Positions 56,445 to 64,000 of a stretch of 64,000 nucleotides of DNA are shown one piece after another (positions within the stretch are counted from its first letter, which is position 1; each line of letters opens with the position of its first letter). The notes below the pieces were generated by a model that worked only from the letters and a program-made list of their open reading frames with translations, ran no database searches and was not told the DNA's origin. The stretch is taken from the NCBI GenBank assembly GCA_951406725.2, contig OX597814.1, forward strand, positions 188,728,001 to 188,792,000, read 5' to 3'. This stretch comes from Octopus vulgaris. Lineage: Eukaryota. Position numbers and translations under genes: made by a program.

Positions 56445-58121
56445 AGATTCTAAGAACAAACAAACTACCATATAAGAAATAGTATATCTAACATAGGAAA
56501 CGTTTTGCTGATAAACTTATTTAACGTGGAAGTCAGCAAGATTAGAGACTCTGTGCCTATAACCTTCACCGACTTATACAGAATTTCCTGTTATCATACC
56601 AAAAATAATGTATCAGACACTGTAACTTGTACAACCATTGCCTCAATTAATATACAAAGTTTCCACTGCGTGGTCTGATTCCTTAATGGGGGTCTACAAA
56701 AATGCACTCATTAAGATCAGCTTGAGAGCAACAAAAAAAGCAAAAAAAAAAAAATACAAGACAAATACGAACACTAATAAATATATCGATTTCTCAGATT
56801 GGCACTATGGAGTGGACATTCAATTAAATCGCTTTTTCAGTATATTACTGGTCTTAATCTGATCAGTATCTGAAAGATGAAAGGCAAAGTCGATACGGAT
56901 AGGATTTAGAAATTAGAAAACAATGAACAATATCTAAATACTTCTAGGCATTTTGCCCGGCGCACTACTGATTTTGCCATCTACCGTCTTTCGTTCATAT
57001 AAATATATAGATCATATAAAACAGACAAGCACTGATTATGGAAGGATTCCAGGTGAAATTTATGGATTATTATGACGAAGCTTCTTCGTTCATGCAGGTA
57101 AACCATGGTCATAAAGGAAATTATTTTATTGACGTATCTTAAAATGCATATCATGGTTTGTACTTTAGTTATTCTCAGATTATAGAAGCATTAGATACAG
57201 TTATAACAGTCGTAAACCATTCATTAGAGACAAATAACTGTATGCACGTATTCAGACAAGTATAAAACCGCACCCACACAGTGGTATACATACTATCTGA
57301 CGACAAGCTTTTCTACGATCCGAAAACTAAATGGTTTGGGTAAGAATGGGTGATCCGAGATCAGGTTTCGTACATATTACTCTCTTTGGAATAATACCAA
57401 AAACTAACTAAATAAAATTACTATAAGACCAAATTCAAATATGCAATAGCTTTGAGTGAGAGTGGGGAAAGACATTGACAAGCATAAAACCATGTCACAA
57501 AAGTGCACGAAACCGACAGTAAATAAATACATTCTAGTATATTATTTAAAAAAAATATACAGGCATGCCGTTATGCCGTGAGAAATATGAGGAAAATAAT
57601 ATGTAATAGTTTAGACGATGTAATAGTGCAAGAGAAGGGGTCATGTAGAGGTTATATACGATTAATGTAATGCTTTAAAAATGTGGGCTATGCATTTGTC
57701 TAAGTGGAACGAAGTTCACTTTTCTGCCTTGTAATATGGATGAATTCCTAAGCGCAAAGAATTATATCCATATCGTATATCACTTTCAGCAGATATTCTT
57801 ATCAACATAAATGTATAAAAGCTCTCAGATTTAAGTAATGACAAAAGTAGTAGAGGAATTATCTAAGCATGCTGTGCTATATAAATATAATGGAGTTTTA
57901 TACTTAGTTTTATACTTTGGTTAGAATTTTCAATTATGATTACCTAACACATGCACACACGCAATCCTTTTCTATGTGCTCATCTGGATAAAGCCACCTT
58001 AGAAAGCGGGTGATAGCATCTGCTGGTCTAAAATGACGCAATACCATATAGCCAGCCATACAATTGACAAAGTTAGAGCATTCTCCAAAGTTGAATTTGT
58101 TATACAGTGATTCTGGATAGA

Positions 58122-58539
58122 CAAGGCGGCGAGCTGGCAGAAACGTTAGCACGCCGGGTGAAATGCGTAGCCGTATTTCGCCTGCCATTACGTTCTGAGT
58201 TTAAATTCCGCCGAGGTCGACTTTGCCTTTCATCCTTTCGGGGTCGATAAATTAAGTACCAGTTACGCACTGGGGTCGATATAATCGACTTAATCCCTTT
58301 GTCTGTCCTTGTTTGTCCTCTTTGTGTTTAGCTCCTTGTGGGTAGCAAAGAAATAGGTATTTAGTCTGCCGTTACGTTCTGAGTTCAAATTCCGCCGAGG
58401 TCGACTTTGCCTTTCATTCTTTCGGGGTCGATAAATTAAGTACCAGTTACGCACTGGGGTCGATATAATCGACTTAATCCGTTTGTCTGTCCTTGTTTGT
58501 CCCCTCTGTGTTTAGCCCCTTGTGGGTAGTAAAGAAATG
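58122..58539 (+). mobile_element. SINE A dimer
   Basis: Full unit plus 5'-truncated unit; 21-bp TSD TATACAGTG(A/G)TTCTGGATAGA encloses both. Confidence 0.92.
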
Positions 58540-59156
58540 TATACAGTGGTTCTGGATAGAAAGACTATAAAAACCACGCTATGTACTGTTACTCTGTACT
58601 GTTACTCCAAAAGAGTTTCAATATGAAAAACAAAAGAGAAGAAAAAGAAGAAAAATCGTTTTTCAATCTCGACTACATTTTTGAAATATGAGAAAAAAAC
58701 ATATTTGCATCACATGTAACTAGAATACACAAAGAAATACAAGTGTAGGAAAGAAATTTAACCAAAGAGCTGCAACTAGAATCGTAAATACTCGTATACT
58801 CTAGAGCGTACATTTGTAAGTTTAGATAAAGAAAATGAATAGGTCAGATGCGGCAGACAGTACCATGATCGTCTAAGTGCTTTCCTCTCATACTAGGATC
58901 TAGCTTGAAAATATAAATGTCTGCAAATCCGCAGGAAAAACTGGCAGAACAGTGGAACTGTAGTCTGATTCGCATGCTTACACTAACATGAAAGTCTGAT
59001 AATAGCCAACCGAGGGAAATTTTTTGGTGTTAAATCTGGTGACATGTTCAGTACACACACAAACACGCACAGACACACACACACGCACACACACACACAC
59101 ACACACAATCTGACACACACACACACGCACACACAACACATACACATACATTTTAA

Positions 59157-59550
59157 GAGTGGTTGTGTGGTAAGTAGCTTGCTTACCAGCCACATGGCTC
59201 CGGGTTCAGACCCACTGCATGGCACCTTGGGCAAGTGTCTTCTACTATAGCCTCGGGCCGACCAAAGCCTTGTGAGTGGATTTGGTAGACGGAAACTGAA
59301 AGAAGCCCGTCATATATATGTATATAGTGTGTGTGTATGTTTGTGTGTCTGTGTTTGTTCCCCCAACATTGCTTGACAAGCGATGCTGGTGTGTTTACGT
59401 CCCCGTAACTTAGCGGTTCGGCAACGGAGACCGATAGAATAAGTACTAGGCTTACAAAGAATAAGTCCTGGGGTCGATTTGCTCGACTAAAGGCGGTGCT
59501 CCAGCATGACCACAGTCAAAATGACTGAAACAAGTAAAAAAGTAAAAGAA
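59157..59550 (+). mobile_element. SINE family B
   Basis: Near full-length family match. Confidence 0.92.
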
Positions 59551-59557
59551 TATATAA

Positions 59558-59605
<48 letters not shown>

Positions 59606-60058
59606 AGAAATGAGATGAGAAAAATAACTGAGTGGCCAATGTCATGTATACGAAGGACAAGGGCAAATATAGGTATATTAAATAACATATGAAATATATT
59701 TTTGCTTTATCAAAGATGCTTCTACCTCCAGAGGATGTATCACAGTTACCAATTGGCACTTAAGACCAGCCTCCCTTGAGAAGGGGAGATAACCGAATGT
59801 CCTCATTTTCTCTAGACAATGAGTTTGTCATTTTCTATAATAGAATGTGAAATTTGGAGAAATTTTTGAATCTTGATATTCTCTTACCTTTTGAGTTGAT
59901 GCTGGTCTAAATTGCTATTTCGAAATTATGTTACGTCCTCTAGAGGCTGAGACTAATTTAATAAATCATGAATTTTATGTGGTATGGTATTTTATACAGC
60001 TGTATTTGTTTCTTTCTCTCTGTCTGTCTCTCTTTCAATCAATCAATCAATCAGTCAG

Positions 60059-60090
<32 letters not shown>

Positions 60091-60106
60091 GCTATCTATC
60101 TATCTA

Positions 60107-60200
<94 letters not shown>

Positions 60201-60406
60201 GCACAGACACACACTGCCCATGCCATTAAATCTAGACACTATAACCCGTGTCAGTGATAATGTTGGTTTTTTTTTATTCATTACATTCACACATATTTGC
60301 ATGTTATATTGGAAACTAAATCGACACAGAGTCCAAGTCTATGTATAACACTTATGCTTTTGAAGGTTACAGGAAGAAAAGCATAGTCGATTTTGTCATA
60401 ACTTCA

Positions 60407-60619
60407 AATCAAATTCTGTTGTGTCTGGTGGAGTAATTTTCTTTTTCTGCCTTATAATTTAACATACTCACAGAGTCAAGACTATTGAAAAGGTTGCAAG
60501 TCTCAACGAAAATTTTAGGAAAATAAAATAAGAAATTAGTTGAAATTTTACCGGTGAGCGTGTTAAATTATAAGGCACAAAAAGAAAATAACTCTCCCAA
60601 GACACAACAGAATATGATT
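60407..60619. mobile_element. Hairpin MITE with ~65-bp inverted repeats
   Basis: AATCAAATTCTGTTGTGTCT..ATAATTTAACATACTCAC and GTGAGCGTGTTAAATTAT..AGACACAACAGAATATGATT. Confidence 0.8.
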
Positions 60620-60699
60620 CAACACACTAACTCACATAAAGAATCTTGCAAACCAAAGCCAAAAACGAAATTCCAATCAAATGTTTAGATGAAATGGAT

Positions 60700-61091
60700 G
60701 GTGGAAGCACTCCGTCGGTTACGACGACGAGGGTTCCGGTTGATCCGAATCAACGGAACAGCCTGCTCGTGAAATTAACGTGTAAGTGGCTGAGCACTCC
60801 ACAGACACGTGCACCCTTAACGTAGTTCTCGGGGATATTCAACGTGACACAGAGAGTGACAAGGCCGGCCCTTTGAAATACAGGTACAACAGAAACAGGA
60901 AGTAAGAGTGAGAGTGAGAGAAAGTTGTGGTGAAAGAGTACAGCAGGGATCACCACCATCCCCTGCCGCAGCCTCGTGGAGCTTTTAGGTATTTTCGCTC
61001 AATAAACACTCACAACGCCCGGTCTGGGAATCGAAACCGCGATCCTATGACCGCGAGTCCGCTGCCCTAACCACTGGGCCATTGCGCCTCC
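60700..61091 (-). mobile_element. SINE family C (long tail type iv)
   Basis: C head plus a distinct tail ending ..GTAACCGACGGAGTGCTTCC. Confidence 0.9.
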
Positions 61092-61636
61092 ACTTAGATG
61101 AAATAACTTAACATCAACATGTAAACTGTAGTACAACCTCCACTCAGTGTGGTAGTTTCTGTATTTCATGTGCTACCTCTAAACGAAAATAGCATTCATA
61201 TATGAGGTTGCAGTTTCAGTGATAGAAATTTGATGAAGAACAGAGATTTGAAAGATAAAAGAAGAGGAGATTAATTACAAGGTGTAATTGCATAAAAGAT
61301 GTTACAAGATAACAAACAGGGAAAAAAAGAGGGAGGAAGAGATGTGCATGCTTCGAAAGGAACAAGTCAATGCTGGTACCTAAGGTGAAAATAATCTATT
61401 TTGTGCAAACAGTAATTTATTTTAAAGAGTTATGTTCCTCTCTGTTAAAAAAAGGAAGCAAAACATATTTCACAAAAAATTACAGCTAGAACAATGATTT
61501 GGATCTCAATCTCAATGATAGAGGACCTGATATGTTAAACGATATTAGAAAGGGCTGGTATATCTCTAGTAACGTGGTGATCTAGTGCTTCTTTGGACTC
61601 ACCATTCACAACCGATAAGCAACAGCAATCGACCTT

Positions 61637-61936
61637 GGAGGCACATGGCCTAGTAGTTAGAGCAGCGGACTCGCGGTCGAGGGATCGCGGGTTCGAATCA
61701 CCGACCGGGCGATGAGTGTGTTTATGAGCGAAACACCTAAGCTCCACGCGGCTCCGGCTGAAGGTAATGGCGAACTTCTGCAGACTATTTCGCCACAACA
61801 TTCTCTCACTCTTTCCTCCTGCATCTTGCATCTCACCTGCGATGGACCGGCGTCCCGTTCAGGTGGGGAACCTATACGCCAAGAAAACCGGGAAACCGGC
61901 CCTTATGAGCCAGGCGTGGCTCGAGAAGGAACAAAC
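61637..61936 (+). mobile_element. SINE family C (tail type iii) with TSD AATCGACCTTG
   Basis: Family match and TSD. Confidence 0.9.
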
Positions 61937-61968
61937 CATCATAAATCGACCTTGCAGACAATGTAGAG

Positions 61969-62303
61969 CAGAGATTTTCAATCATTTTGCTTTTTTAGCT
62001 ATGGACCCCTTTAATTACTATTTTATTCTGGTAGATCGCATAACCATTCGGTGTTTAGAAACTAGTTTAATAGAAGCTTCTTTCAAAATTCCTATTCTGT
62101 TTTTCACATATTAACTTTGACCTATATAAAATGTTAGAGAAAGAAACCTAGCTGTCGTTGTATTGCATACCAATATATACATCTGAAGCAAAAGATTTTA
62201 AGGGGCCCTTAAAATACTGTTGTGGGTCCCCAATTTACTATTTTGTTGCATGAACCCCCAAAAAAATCTTATAGGCCATATGGACCCCGGTTGAGAACCA
62301 CTG
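61969..62303. mobile_element. hAT (Charlie-type) MITE
   Basis: TIRs CAGAGATTTTCAATC and GGTTGAGAACCACTG; degenerate 8-bp TSD ATGTAGAG/AGGCAGAG. Confidence 0.75.
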
Positions 62304-63789
62304 AGGCAGAGAATAGGTAGAAAGATTACTTCATTGAGATCACACCTCATTATTTGATACAAGAAAAACGGACATTGTTATAATAATTTTCAAGCAGTAT
62401 CAAGATGTCGAATTTTCTAATTTTCACCTGTATGCAGACGTGTCAGACTACTACATCTGGACTCATCAAAAGAAATGGAGTTGGTGCAATCAAGGTTACT
62501 TGTAAATCAAGAGACGTTATTGGACGTGTTGATATAATTAACTCTAATATCATAGAATGTTTTTACCGGCCGTTACATCTTCACACTCTTCAAGTGTAGA
62601 CATCATTTGGAAATCTCTGTCAGCCTATTTACGTGTTGCACTCAACTGAAAAATGTCTATGGAAACAGTTTCCAAGATTCAGGTTTTATTATGCGTCTTG
62701 TGGTACTAGTTATCTCGGACGATGATCCCATATTTGTCATGCAGCTATAGCTTACGTTTAAATTTGTCTGTTAAAAAGTTCGGAATATTTGCGTTCTCTG
62801 AGAAAATTCTTTTGAATGATGTCAAGGAAATGTTTCATAATATCGAATTTTCTGATAATGCTGGCATCATTATAATCAATATTGCTAAATAGTTAGCCGA
62901 AACAACAGTAATTGTCAACCAGCTGAATAATAAGGCAATCATATTACTGTTTCTGCGACATTCTTTTGTCTATGCTGCTGAGGTTTTAGAAACAAAACGT
63001 TCAGTTTATTCCTCTAAAAACGTTGTTGGAAAAATTATCGTAAGAAGTAGTAAGTGTGCAAAGGCAAAGAGGGACTCATTAGCTTATATATTTAATCCTT
63101 GATAACAGAAGGGCCATATCATTCTCTCCCTCGCTAAGAAATATAACATATATGACTGCATTGTATAATGATATTATAAGTTTAAAACTTGGAAACGGAT
63201 GAATTATTATACGTAGACGAGAAATACTTTTTTGAGTTCAGATTACGTCGCAGTGGTTTATATTCTCTTTTTTTGATGAAGTAGGACAGATAGAATTAAC
63301 CAGTTCAGTTGACTAAATATCATTTCTTATAAAAAAAAATAATGGTAAAAGGTAGCTGGAGTAGATTGAGAAAATCTGTACTGACTAATTTGTCATAACT
63401 CTATTGGTATATCGTAGGTGTAATTTTAAATTTCTACCCTGTTCAATTTTCTTTTACATATCTTCGGGGATTATTAAAATAAGAATCTGCAACATAATTG
63501 AAACAATTCAATTTCTAAAATTCAAATCATAATTATTATTAGTTTTACTATGAAATAAGGTAATATACCTGGAAATTGTCAGGCAACGTTTCATTTGTCA
63601 GATAACTGAGTGACACTATTCTCTTTTCTGGGAATCTTTTCTTCCATACAGTGGTTATATATTCCTTGAACGAAATGTTAATTTTTTTGAGAGAAACTGC
63701 TTCTAAAAAATATAGCAGAGTATGTATGAAATGAGATAGATTAACTCGAATTTGATTGGGATATCATTTTAATTGTTGCTTATACTCTT

Positions 63790-63885
63790 TTATATAAAAA
63801 AAAACATTTTTGTCATGATAGGTATACTGGGCTTCGTATATTTTACCCCAGTGCCACTATGATGGTATACACTGCTCTCTCACTC

Positions 63886-63938
<53 letters not shown>

Positions 63939-63946
63939 TAATAATA
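63790..63946 (+). repeat. Probable non-LTR element 3' end followed by an (AAT)n tail
   Basis: (AAT)n at 63886-63946 is directly visible; the element call is an inference from this architecture. Confidence 0.5.
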
Positions 63947-64000
63947 AGGTATAGGCACACACCAGAAAAGGTCACAGAAAACGAGAAAGCAACCATACTC

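Overview
Eukaryotic, AT-rich, repeat-dominated DNA. The microsatellite load and tRNA-derived SINE families suggest an octopod (Octopus-like) genome (inference). No intact host gene, CRISPR array or functional tRNA/rRNA is visible. The window holds about 30 SINE copies (at least 5 head types), decayed LINEs (CR1/L2-like, RTE, Tx1/L1, R4/Dong-like), a rearranged Gypsy LTR element, Tc1/mariner, maT and hAT remnants, MITEs, two non-autonomous Helitrons and a U6 snRNA pseudogene. Best leads: (1) (TA)n-embedded Penelope-like elements carrying type I hammerhead ribozyme motifs, including a long-stem-II variant; (2) scattered, decayed minus-strand exons that could form an Ig-TM-TIR (IL-1-receptor-like) pseudogene; (3) a U6-SINE head-to-tail chimera; (4) SINE dimers/trimers inserted as single events with a recurrent junction; (5) SINE 3' tails matching LINE tails in the same window. 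Everything was read and translated by eye, so coordinates are approximate and family names are motif-based.
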